A stretch of DNA of 64,000 nucleotides. It comes from Macrostomum hystrix. Taxonomy: Eukaryota > Animalia > Platyhelminthes. The stretch spans positions 3,658,001 through 3,722,000 of the forward strand of contig CATNEN010000037.1 of the NCBI GenBank assembly GCA_950097015.1. Direction: 5' to 3'. This document shows positions 47,337 through 60,015 of this stretch, in pieces. The position numbers were made by a program, and so were the translations under genes. Within the stretch, counting starts at the first letter, position 1. Each line of letters starts with the position of its first letter. The notes under the pieces were generated by a model. It made no database searches. It was given only the letters and a program-made list of their open reading frames with translations, and had not been told where the DNA came from.

Positions 47337-50300
47337 CTAGCGACCCAGGCGCGAAAGCCGACGCTGCCGCAGCTCCTCCTCGGACATTGCGGTTGCCGAA
47401 CGCGAGGACGGTGGCCGCGGCGACGCGACCGGCTCCTCCTGGAACACTCGGTCGGCTTGACGATCCTCGCGACTGGCGCCGTCGTTCCAGCATCGGTAGA
47501 ATTGACGTCGACCGTCGCCCAGAATGCCGCTAAACAATGGCTCCATGATGTGGCGCAGGGGGCCTTTGACGTAGGCCAAGCCGACTAGGATACCAGCCAG
47601 ATGACCTGGGTTTTAGGTAACCGGGTGTGCTTAACTAGACAGAAAAACATTATAAAGTTATTCAGCCATGAATCACCGGTGGGTAGTCCTGAAGGATCAG
47701 GCAAAAAGCCTTTAAACACAGGTGGAATCAGAGGAAAACAAATAAATAAACTCATTGGCAGAGCAACTCACCAATGAACGAAGCATTCGGCGTCAGGAGT
47801 TGAATGATGACCAGCTCCGCCCACACGGTCAGTCGAGAGTGCACAGGCAGGAAGCCCATGACGTATGTGATCCCGGGCGGCATGTTGTATGTGGTCAGGA
47901 CCTTGAGTGCAAAGATTACACCTGAAATGTAATAGCTGGAAACATTCAACTGCGAAGATGAGACACAGGAGAGATGAGACACGGGAGAGATGAGACACGG
48001 GAGAGATGAGACACAGGAGAGATGAGACACGGGAGAGATAAGACACGGGAGAGATAAGACACAGGAGAGATAAGACACGGGAGAGATAAGACACAGGAGA
48101 GATAAGACACGGGAGAGATAAGACACAGGAGAGATAAGACACGGGAGAGATGAGACACGGGAGAGATGAGACACAGGAGAGATGAGACACGGGAGAGATG
48201 AGACACGGGAGAGATGAGACACGGGAGAGATGAGACACAGGAGAGATGAGACACGGGAGAGATGAGACACATGAGAGATGAGACACAGGAGAGCTGAGAC
48301 ACAGGAGAGATGAGACACGGGAGAGATGAGACACGGGAGAGATGAGACACGGGAGAGATGAGACACAGGAGAGATGAGACACGGGAGAGATGAGACACAG
48401 GAGAGATGAGACACGGGAGAGATAAGACACGGGAGAGATAAGACACAGGAGAGATAAGACACGGGAGAGATAAGACACAGGAGAGATAAGACACGGGAGA
48501 GATAAGACACAGGAGAGATAAGACACGGGAGAGATGAGACACGGGAGAGATGAGACACGGGAGAGATGAGACACAGGAGAGATGAGACACATGAGAGATG
48601 AGACACAGGAGAGCTGAGACACAGGAGAGATGAGACACGGGAGAGATGAGACACGGGAGAGATGAGACACGGGAGAGATGAGACACAGGAGAGATGAGAC
48701 ACGGGAGAGATGAGACACGGGAGAGATGAGACACGGGAGAGATGAGACACGGGAGAGATGAGACACAGGAGAGATGAGACACGGGAGAGATGAGACACAT
48801 GAGAGATGAGACACAGGAGAGCTGAGACACGGGAGAGATGAGACACGGGAGAGATGAGACACAGGAGAGATGAGACACGGGAGAGATAAGACACGGGAGA
48901 GATGAGACACGGGAGAGATGAGACACGGGAGAGATAAGACACGGGAAAGATAAGACACGGGAGAGATGAGACACGGGAGAGATGAGACACAGGAGAGATG
49001 AGACACAGGAGAGATGAGACACGGGAGAGATGAGACACGGGAGAGATGAGACACGGGAGAGATGAGACACGGGAGAGATGAGACACGGGAGAGATGAGAC
49101 AAGGGAGATATGAGACAAACGAGAGACGAGACAAGGGAGAGATGAGACAAACGAGAGACGAGACAAGGGAGAGATGAGACACGGGAGAGATGAGACACAG
49201 GAGAGATGAGACACGGGAGAGATGAGACACATGAGAGATGAGACACAGGAGAGATGAGACACGGGAGAGATGAGACACGGGAGAGATGAGACACAGGAGA
49301 GATGAGACACGGGAGAGATAAGACACGGGAGAGATGAGACAAACGAGAGACGAGACAAGGGAGAGATGAGACACGGGAGAGATGAGACACAGGAGAGATG
49401 AGACACGGGAGAGATGAGACACATGAGAGATGAGACACAGGAGAGATGAGACACGGGAGAGATGAGACACGGGAGAGATGAGACACAGGAGAGATGAGAC
49501 ACGGGAGAGATAAGACACGGGAGAGATGAGACACGGGAGAGATGAGACACGGGAGAGATGAGACACGGGAGAGATGAGACACAGGAGAGATAAGACACAG
49601 GAGAGATGAGACACGGGAGAGATAAGACACAGGAGAGATAAGACACGGGAGAGATGAGACACGGGAGAGATGAGACACGGGAGAGATGAGACACGGGAGA
49701 GATGAGACACGGGAGAGATAAGACACGGGAGAGATGAGACACGGGAGAGATGAGACACGGGAGAGATGAGACACGGGAGAGATAAGACACGGGAGAGATG
49801 AGACACGGGATAGAGGAGACAGCGGAGGGATATATATTAGCTAGCGGGCCAAAGAGAGAACCTTAAAGACGAGAGCGGACCGCATGAACTGTAAATATAT
49901 GAGATAAGGGATAGATGAGACATAGAAGAGATGACGGGGAGATGAAGAGACACAGGAGAGATTAGGAACGGGAGAGATGAGACAGGGGAGAGATGAGACA
50001 CATGAGAGATAAGACACAGCAGAGATGAGACAGGGTGTGAAATTATGGGTTCTGAGACGAGTAAGTTAGGAGTAGAAAACAAGCACGCATTCATTAGCGT
50101 CCGCGCAGTCATATTTATTGTACTAGTACGACTCAATGGCTGACTCAGCATTGTTAGGAGATTAGGGGTGGGTGCTACAGCGCCTTGCATCAGTGAGAGA
50201 AAGTAAGCATTGGAAATCTAAAAAAACAGCACAGTGGGGTGACATGGGTGCACGTGAACTATAGCCATGCAGATAGCAAATAGCGAGTATTGAAATGACA

Positions 50301-51277
50301 ATAACTAGCTGTTATAGAGTGGCGCGCAATTTTGCTAAGCCATCCGACACAGGGGAAAGGTGAGACAGGGGAGACATGATACAGGGGAAAGATGGAACAG
50401 GATACTGTAGGTGTCGGAAGGGGCAACGGGCCGGATTTTGGAGCTTCGACGGCCGCATCTGGCCCGCGGGCTGGACTTTGCCGACCCCCCTGGACTTTGC
50501 TTTAGAAGCTCCACTCCGCCTTGTTAAAGGTCAGTAAGACTGAGACGATGCAGACATATGATTGACAAGATGATGGAATTTGAACGATTGACAAAGCTAC
50601 CTTGAGATGCAAAACGGAATGCGTTACCGCTAATAGGGAAAATGTACCTTCTGTCAAAATCATTGAATTTCTGGACGTTCTAGAGAATATAGCAACTTAA
50701 TTCATGTTTCAGAGGATGCGCAACAAAAAGTCTGTGCTCTAGAATTTCGTGTGCCTTCATTGCTACCATCAGGCGACCACTGAAACGCGTGAAAAAAAAT
50801 AGCTCGGTATTCCTACCGGTGGTCAAACTAACCAGAGAATCCCACAGCGCAGTCGCTCAGGTAATGCGCTGCACGGCCTTCAAAGAGTGCCTCTGCAGCA
50901 AAGGCCAGTGCCACCTCAACGCAGTTAATCAGAGGCGCAAACACAGCAATGAGAATTAAAAAATAGGGCGATCCCATCATACGCTCCAGGGTGCGACCCT
51001 TCCACAGGAATGAGACCATATTGTAGTACAGGTGGAAATCGTCCGCGTGATAAAATGCGCCAAGGATTAGACGCAGGTAGTCGCGCCGGTAATACACTGT
51101 CACTGGGGAGACACAGACTTTGTCCAGGCTCATGTCCATGCCGGGCACTAGGCCCATGTAGAGAGCAGCCTGGCCCAGTATTAGCGACAGAGTGACAGGT
51201 GGCACAGGGCCAGCCTGGGATAGCTCTGCAGCCAATAGCAGCAGGCCAAGGAAGCTGCGACTACCACGATTGCGAGA
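47337..51277 (-). CDS. RHBDD1: Rhomboid domain-containing protein 1 (RHBDL4) intramembrane serine protease; no ATG in first coding exon
   Basis: Exons 51277-50833, 47921-47772, 47605-47337. Motifs PPVTL, HADDFHLYYNM, LWKGRTLER, catalytic GFS|G, F.G|HLAG and C-terminal EEELRQRRLSRL. Confidence 0.93.
47955..49810. repeat. 16 bp minisatellite (gagagatgagacacgg) in RHBDD1 intron 1
   Basis: More than 100 tandem units; explains the three 600+ aa spurious ORFs. Confidence 0.97.
50408..50492. mobile_element. Degenerate hAT (Charlie/Buster-like) terminus or mini-MITE
   Basis: tggcccgcgggctggactttgccgacccccctg resembles the typical 3' end of Charlie/Buster-type hATs (from recall); left taggtgtcggaag is a weak inverse. 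Confidence 0.4.
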
Positions 51278-53388
51278 CTGCAATCACAGTTAAGGGCCAG
51301 GGTATTGCACAGAAATGAGCAACGAGAAAACGAATTAACAACAAACACTATTAGGCTTTGTATAGGCTATCAACAAAGTAAGCAGTGTGGTACTAGCTAA
51401 TGTCTTTCAGAATCTTACATTTTTATGTAAGAATTACATTCTTAAATCTTACCTTTGTACCCTACTAAAAGACAGCTTAGAATTTGTGGACAACATCTAT
51501 AAAGAGATCGATAAAGGACAAAATATAAATATTTTTATATTTCTTACAATTATTTCTTACATAATAGTTTTTAAGAATTAAATATTAGATTGGCAATAAG
51601 ATTGACCATATTAGATTTACAAGACACCTAATGCCATATGGTCAATTAAAGATTTCTTTATCAACAAACCCTTAATACACTTTGTTATTCTTCCTTTATT
51701 TTTTAGAAAATGCTCATGATTACAGTGAAATTTATCTAGAAATAGAAATATGTTAAAATGATTAATAAAAAGTAGAAACTTGAAATATACTCCTGACCTA
51801 GCTAGCTTCTAGAATGCAAAGTACAGGGGAAACAAAGTACAAAGTAAAGTACAGGTAATATACAGCAAAAACCAGGTTTTATTATAAAATTTTTGTTAGC
51901 TTAATTTTGCACATTCTATTTAATGCAGCTAATTTGTAAACTGGGTAGGTAGGCCTAGCTATATTTCGCTGGCATAGGCCTACTCCATAGGCTTAATCAT
52001 TAGCCAAAAACTTAGCAGAATCGTCTAAGATCTTGGGCTAGATCATATACAAACTGTAGTTACATTTTACTTTAACAAAACCTCACTTTTGGCTTAAGCA
52101 AACCATCGGATTCCTTCATCAGTTTCAGAATTTTTCTTAGTAAAATAGACAAACATACTTATTTTTTTGTAAACAAAGTCACAATATAATTGGTTCAGAA
52201 CATTTCAGTGCAAGTATATTAGCTATTTAGCTATTAAGTAGTTGTTTGGTGTATATTGGAAGATAAATTTTAACTAACTAACTACTGTTTAGGCTTTGAA
52301 TCCACCGGTGAATTTAGTAGTTAGCTCGAACGTCACGTACGTGCAGCTTAAAAGTAAACTGTGTCGCGAAGCACACGTTGGTTAGTTTACAAACAGGCGT
52401 CATCACAAAAGAAGCAGTATTTTTTTCTTTAAAAAATACCATTAGCTGCCGTAAGTATTTTATTAAATATTGTTTTAACTTACAATGTTTTCAAATTTAT
52501 CAATGGACGAGTGAATCTGCGAGCGAATTTTGTTAATATTTTAAAGTTTTGTTAGCTCTTTCCTACGGATTTGATATAGGAATTCAGACCTTTTTTTCAA
52601 CGGATTGTTGCTTATGCTTACCGTGTCTGTTCGCAGCGTGGTAGAAGCTGTCTGAAGATACGCGATCGATTCATATTTTTTATGAATATTTTTGTTTAGA
52701 AAGCTAATAATCATAATCATTGTCTAATAATCATAAATGAATTTTTTTCAATGAGTTTTGACTTCAATCATTTTAAATCACTCTAAAGAAATGTAGCTGA
52801 TAGTATTCTTTATAAAAAATAGCGTGTTTAAATGTTCCGCTGCATGATCGCAAAATCAGCGAAAAAAACTCCAGAACTAATGACTGATTTTATTACATGC
52901 ATGTAATCAATTCTTCCATAAAATGTTTTTACATGCTATTATAGCTGATACTGTGTTAATCAAGATCGAGCAGTCACTTAATAATGTTTCTTATAGTTTA
53001 GCTAGTAAAAAAGATCGAAGTAAAATAAGAGTTAGATCAATTTTCGCTTACGATTTTAAGTACTTATAATAGTGAGATGCGGTTCAAAATAATTTCTGGT
53101 AATGGCTTTCTTAATGGAAAAATTACTATTTTTATAACACATTGAATACTGTAAAGTTTTAGATGCTATTAAAGCTTTAGCGAAATATAATAAAACTTGT
53201 AGATTATATGCCATTTATATAATAACCAAATTTATATAGATTAAATATATACAATTTAACATTAGGCTTGAAATCATAGACTTTATTACATTGTTCTGTG
53301 CTGAAAAGCGACCATTCGTTATTTCTGTTAACACTAAAAGTATCATTTAGTCCATAAAAGCGACGTTTCCCGCGTTGCAGCCGCTTCC

Positions 53389-56300
53389 ATGTCTCTCTTC
53401 AAAGCCAGAGACTGGTGGCGCTGCCAGTGCGGCTCTGGAGAAGAGTTTGACAATGGCTGCTTAGCAACTGGTCGCCTACTGCAGGACCTGCAGCAGTTTG
53501 TTGTGATTGGCAGCCACTCAGGCATACTTCGCATCTTTAAGCCAACAAAAGGTGACACCACAGGTACAGAGAGCACCTGCCTAGAAAAAGATCTACGCGG
53601 GCCAATTCTAGCTGTCGCCATCGGCAGTCTGATCTCGGAAGGCCGCGGTCTGGCTGTGCTACACGACCGCAAGCTCGCTGTGTACAGCCTCAGCTGCACC
53701 CAGGGTCACTCCAGCGGCGGCTCATCCTACTCACTGCGCCTTGCCTACGAGCACAGCCTGAAGAAGAGCGGCTTCAATCTCTGCTGCGGCTCCTTTGGCA
53801 AAGTTGAACGGCGCGACTTTCTCGCCGTCCAGCATCTGGACGCAGCGATTTCCGTATTTGAACAGGAGAGCTTCTCCTTCATCCGCTACTTGCCTAACGC
53901 TGTGCTGCCCGGCCCGATTGTCTACATGCCCGCCAGCGACATCTTCGTGACTGGGAACTCAGCTCGGGTTGTCGAGGCCTACAAATACAATTCACTGGCT
54001 GTTGCAACCGACGCTCAAGACGATCCTAAGGTAAGTCGATGCTTTCTAACTATGAAATTAACTTTAAAATATCTTAGTCATCTGTGTTTCGTGTTTTTGA
54101 TAATAGAATCAGAAATTTCTGTCATTATACTGAAAGTTCTCACATTGGGACATTCGCTCCGCTGTCAGTGTGTGCGCTTAAGATGCCGATGAACTCGACC
54201 GCGAACTTGCCTACATGTGTCGTATACAGGTCGACTACGACTGGCTACCTACCTAGTTCGCAGTACCCAGTACATGCACCCAAGTAGCTCAGCACTTAAA
54301 TGATGCAAACTCTTTTCGCATTCAGGCACGCCGCGTTAAGCACGAATGGGTTCACAACTCAGGCGAACTGGTGCTAGACATTCGCGCCTGGCCACGCCAG
54401 GAGGCCCTGCTGGTGCTGAACTACCGCTCCGTGCTGTGCCTCTCGGAGGCGGCCGGCCAGCCCAAGTGGACGCTGCGCTTCGAGGTGCCACCGGCGGCAA
54501 TTCTGCCTCTGACCGCCAACTGGCTGGTGGCCAGCAGCACCGGACAGCTGCTGGTGCTGCGTGACAATGAGCTCCTGTGGGGCGCGCAGCACAGCGCCAC
54601 CCCGGTGCAGCTGCAGCTGGTCACAGCAGGCCAGACTGAGGGTCTGATTGTTGCGCTCACCGACAGTGGCAGATGTGACGCTCTCTACCTGGGAACAGAT
54701 CCCAGTTTGCCAATCATGAATCCTAGTTCGGCGTTTCGCGACCTGGACGTGGCACGACTTGACGGCGAGCTGCGCGCCATTCAAGGCCGCATCCGACAGG
54801 CCACCAGCGGCGCAGCCCTGCCAGCCGTGAAGGAGACGGCCGACCTTCATCTGTCATTTCACGTGGCAGCTTCGTCGCGGCCAGTCGGTGCCATGCCCGA
54901 GGTTTCGGTGACAATTCAGGTGAGACGCAGACGCACTTCTTAGCTGAATCCATTGGTTAGTCCTAAAAAATTCCTTGAATAAAAAACGCCATTCTCTCCA
55001 ATGTCGCAGGGTCGCACCAAGTCGCACATCCAGGAGGTGCAGCTGTGCCTACAGCCGCCGCATCCCATACAGGTGTCTCAGTCTCGCCTGACCTTCTCAT
55101 TCGTGGATTCCTCGCATCCGCTGGAAGCCGATGTGCGGTTCTCAGTTGGCCCTACTAACTTTCCCTGCTCCCCAGCTAGCCTGCAGGTTGCGGTAATCGC
55201 CACCTTCACCAGCACCGCCGGTTCGCCAAAATGCGTCCAGTTCGTCATTCACCTGCCCTTCTCGGCCTGCATTCGACCGGTGCTGCCAGAGAAGCAGGCG
55301 CGATGCAAGCTTACTCTGGAATTCAACAAGTCGCCGGTGCCGTTGGACCAACTGTTTCCCGAGCTGCAAATCCCCGAATTGGAGCCCGGCGGACAGGTAT
55401 GAACCCTAGACTTGCATCGTAGCAATTAGAGCAAAATCTAAGCCCATCTGCGTCCTTTTAGCAAGCTATTAAATTCCTCAGGCTTCAGCTCACCTAGTTC
55501 TAAAATCGGTATCAGCAATTGCTGTGCGGTCAATGGACTGTACAACTGTACACAGCCTTTGCATGGGCCACGCAATAGCAGCGGCTGTTACCACTTAATC
55601 TACTAAACATCAAGGTGTCACACAAGTGTGTGCATGTTTGTTTGTGTTTTGTGTGTGTGTGTGGATTTGACTGACAACCGTGGGTTGAAAACAGAATGTC
55701 AAGTGTTGTGAACTATGATAGTCTTAAGGTTAAAATTGGGTGTTTAGAGGTCATCTACCCATGAGATAAAATATAATTTTTGTTGCCATCCTGGCACAGG
55801 CGGTCGCGTTCCGCTACTTGCCCGAGAGTCCAACGGTGACCATTGTGGCCTCCCAGACGACCAGCAAGTACCGACTGCAAGGCGAAAGCCTAGATCAGCT
55901 GACTCTGCCCCTCCGCGAATTGCGTCAACGCCTGCGCGGTCACAATGGCGACGGGCTGAGCTGCAGCCTAGCCTGCCCGCTGCCGCTGCCGGACTATTGC
56001 GAACTGGTGGACTGGTACTGGGACTGCCGACAGCGGGTGGCCAGCCTGGATACTCAGCTGGAGCAGAAGGCGGCTCAGTTCAGGTGAGAATAATACTCGG
56101 AATGTGGCGCCTCCCCAAGCATTTCATTGACTGAACAAATGCACACAGCCTTTGGGTGCGCCGCACACTAGCTGTGGCTGTGCCACTGTCTGTACAAGTG
56201 GCACATACATCTCGATTTTATCTAGACCTCTAGTTTACTCTAGCGAGGGTTGTTGCGTAGCCTAGTGGTTAGAGTGTCGGACTTACGACTTGAAGGCCGG

Positions 56301-57539
56301 GGTTCGATTCCCGACTCCACTGGAACAATTTGTGTCCTTTAGCAAGAGACTTGACTCTGCGTTACTTCAGTCCACCCAGCTGTTCAGTCTCACCAGTCAA
56401 TGGACTGAACAGCCGTACGCAGCTTTCCGTTGCACCCCGCAATAGCTGCGGCTGTGCTGCCGGCTAAGTCAAACATCTGAAGGTCATTGCCTGTCTTGAC
56501 CCAGGCTGCTACATCGTTCTCACTGATTGTAACTCAAACCGTGTTTTTACAGGGCAGTGCAAAAGCGCCTACTGGCCAAGTTCAAGGACAAGACCGCTGG
56601 GCCGCTGCAGAGCCTCGACCTGTTGCTAGAGAGCGCCGGCGAGCAGGCGATGTCGCTAGCCGAGGAGGCCGAAATTGCTCGACAGGCTCTGCGGGCCGCC
56701 GGGCAGCGAGTGTGCACCGCGGGGGCCGCCCTGGCCGAACTGCTCCAGCTGGCCGGGCCGGCTGAGCAGCTCTCCAGCGTGCTCAGCGATCAGCTGGACG
56801 ACTTTCCCGAGTGCGGCATCGCCGAACAACTGGATGCCGCGCTGACCCACCTGCTGCGCACTGGGTTGGGCAGGTCCGGGGCGAAGGTAAGATTGGGTCT
56901 TTTGAATCACGGGACGTGATGACGTCATCACATCGCATCCGACTCAAGTACCAAAGAAGCCCTGATTGTGTAGACTGTCAGGCTGAGCCTCAGGTATTCC
57001 TTGCCAGCGCAAATTACCATTAAGCCTTTATTGCTTGCCAGGACGCCATGGTCAGCGGCACCGGCCGCCTCGAGCCAGCCAAGGATGTCGGCAAGCTGAA
57101 GAAGCACGCCCAGATGTTGTGCGAGAAGCTGGCCAGAGGTGCCACCATCGCGCCGCTGCCGACGCCAGGAGCGGCTGCCGCCGCATCGGCCGCAGCCGCC
57201 GCCGCAGCCGCGATTGCACCGACGGCGTCGCTGCCAGTCATTCGTGAGCCCGACGGCGGAGGCGGCATCGGCAGAGGTGGCGCTCCGTCCTCGGAGGACT
57301 TTCTGAACGGCTCGTTGAACGCCAGTCAGCAGTTCATGAGTCCGCGCGCCCTGGACTCCAGTCGGAAGCAAAAGCACAAGAAGAAGAAGAAGCAGAAACA
57401 GAAGCATCGTGATAGGGAGGCCGATGAGGAGGTTGAGGGCGACCGTCAATCAGCGCGTCCTGATTATCCACCCCGGGAGCTGGAGAGAGCTTCTGCTCTC
57501 CTGGCACCTGCGTCTGAGTCAGCCGGCTTCTATGACTGA
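53389..57539 (+). CDS. BBS9: Bardet-Biedl syndrome 9 / PTHB1 (BBSome core subunit), 6 exons
   Basis: Exons 53389-54030, 54326-54919, 55010-55396, 55800-56083, 56553-56886, 57042-57539. N-terminus MSLFKARDWW; also LYLGTDPS, QFR|AVQKRLLAKFKDKT and KLKKHAQMLCEKL. Confidence 0.96.
56245..56465 (+). mobile_element. SINE family 2 copy in BBS9 intron 4
   Basis: tagcctagtggttag..ggttcgattcccgactccac, CORE-like tgtcctttagcaagagacttga..cagtccacccagctg, and 3' gcaatagctgcggctgtgctg; further 3' fragments at about 55520-55590 and 56100-56190. Confidence 0.78.
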
Positions 57540-57939
57540 GAAAACGGGAGCAGATTCTGTGGGCTTGTGAACTCTGCGAGGGCAAAAAAAAGAAATAACT
57601 TTTGCAGAATCCGAAATCAAGGGTATCTGCGAATAGGCCCAATAATCATGCATCTTAATCCCCAGATCCTTACCCAGACTTATTTCTGGATTCCTAAATT
57701 TCCTGATGCTGTTACCAGTTCTTCTGAAATCCTTGGTCCAGAATTCAGGATTTTCATTTTTATTTTACGAGTACTAAGTCGGATCTCTGGAATTTAGTTT
57801 CAGAACAAAAAATTCCTCAATTACTTAAATTAGACTAAGGCTACCAGAAGCGAGATTCGTAGAATTCGAAAAATTCGTAGAATCTCAGTTAAGAAGCTTA
57901 GAACCCCGATTCACTTAAAAAAATCCTGATTTATATTGC

Positions 57940-58325
57940 CAGAATCCCGATTTGGATACCTAGAATCCCAATTCAGATTCCTAGAATCCCAATTCAGATT
58001 CCTAGAATCCCGATTCAGATTCCTAGAATCCCGATTCAGATTCCTAGAATCCCGATTCAGATTCCTAGAATCCCGATTCAGATTCCTAGAATCCCGATTC
58101 AGATTCCTAGAATCCCGATTCAGATTCCTAGAATCCCGATTCAGATTCCTAGAATCGTGATTCAGATTCCTAGAATCCCGATTCAGATTCCTAGAATCTC
58201 GATTCAGATTCCTAGAATCCCGATTTGGATTCCTAGAATCGCGATTCAGATTCCTAGAATCCCGATTCAGATTCCTAGAATCCCGATTCAGATTCCTAGA
58301 ATCCCGATTCAGATTACTAGAATCT
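57940..58325. repeat. 21 bp minisatellite (attcctagaatcccgattcag) downstream of BBS9
   Basis: About 17 tandem units. Confidence 0.95.
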
Positions 58326-60015
58326 GGATTATATTTGTTTAAAAATGCATGCCCCTTGCTTGATCTCGCACCAAAACTCACAGTCTCACTTGGCCTCTAT
58401 TTTTATCCGTCCTGTAATAGTGCTTTGCAATTCCAACTTTAAGTAAATCGTTGTCTGTGTTTTACTTTTCAGATTTATTGATGGAAAATTCATTTCTGTT
58501 TGCGGCGAATTTTTAACCTTTTTGCTTTTCTAACGAAATACGAGTATATATTGAGAAATACTTTTCGACTGGTCGGGTTTCTTTCATAAATTTCTTAGGA
58601 ATTATATGTACCGCTTCGTAAAAAGTACAGTCAGGCAAACTTAGTTAACATGAATTAGTTTAGTCAGTGTATACTGCAAATACTGCACTTTCACAAACTT
58701 TCCGTTACTGCTTAGTTAATGTGATTAAAAATATATTGTAAAACTCTAGCAAAATATTATAATCAGTAGCTCACCGTACTATCTATAGTAGTCTAATTTG
58801 CGTGGAGCAATTTATATAGTACAAACTTAGTGCTTCTCGATGCCGCGACAGACAAAATGAATTCGTTGAATTAATTGTTAACAATAATAATTGATAGTCT
58901 GTCAGACTAACGAATTCTGTTGTGCCACTGTTCTGTCACGTCCCTGTTGCGTCTATTGTTCGTTTTACTTACTTTTTAAACGAGAGTATATTTTGAAGTC
59001 CTTTATTAAATATATATTCTTGTAAAGATTCACAGAATCTTGCTATACTTACTACTTGAATAAGTTGGTATATAATGTTTTTAGTTGTCTGAAACAGTCT
59101 TCGTTCGCTTGTGGAAATGTGAAACTCGGGAATGCATTTTTTTTAATCGAAGTTTACATTGGCGTGAGGTGGGTGCTTGCACGCGGCTGGAGGCTGGAGC
59201 TTAACTCGGGAATGAATTTTTTTAATCGAAGTTCTATGATGAAACTTTAAATTTAATTATGCACAAATCAATTAGAATAGTTTATTGAATCAACGAGTTG
59301 ATAACATATTTAAAACAAATCACCAAGCTCCATGATTGAAATGACCAATTACTGAATAATAAATGTTTTCAGTTCAAAATAATCTCATAACATATGTGAG
59401 CCGTGAACAGCTGTTCTGAACTGAAAATTACAACAAGAATATAAAAACAAGCGAAAGCCACTATTAAAGCGTTATGCTGAAATTCGCTTAATATTTCATG
59501 GAATAATGAATACAGTCCGAATACCCAGAATATGTACTCGACTACTCGTAATAATGTGAGACTAAAATAATACGAAGAACAGAGCCTTCATAGGAGGCGT
59601 AGGAGCATACTATTGGACACCAAGCTCGCAGCCAATGAGAGCGCAGTAACGTACGAAGTAGACGATCGGTTAGAGGTGGGTGCAGGAGTGAGTTGGGTGT
59701 TTGCACATTGGCGTGAGGTGGGTGCTTGCACATTGGCGTGAGGTGGGTGCTTGCACGCGGCTGGAGAAGGAATGGTGGATAATTTTTCGTTCACCAGTAT
59801 AAATTATCTTGTACTTGCATCTGAACGCCTATGAGATCTGGTAGTTGCACAGGCTGATCACTTCATAGCCGCTTAGTACTCGTAGACTTCAACGCGCTTA
59901 AAAAGTTTGATGACTAGGGCTTAGGCCCAGAGGAGATTACATTAGCGGTATTGCGAAATGATAGCTATCAGTTATCAGCCTATGAGTCTTGTGAGTCAAT
60001 GAATCGAAAGAACAT

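Noticed and set aside
47752-49806. Three 614-684 aa ORFs (and similar ORFs at 365-1228, 28207-28602, 57911-58381)
   Set aside because: Open frames arise from stop-free minisatellite units inside introns or intergenic DNA; open in several frames at once with no unique sequence.
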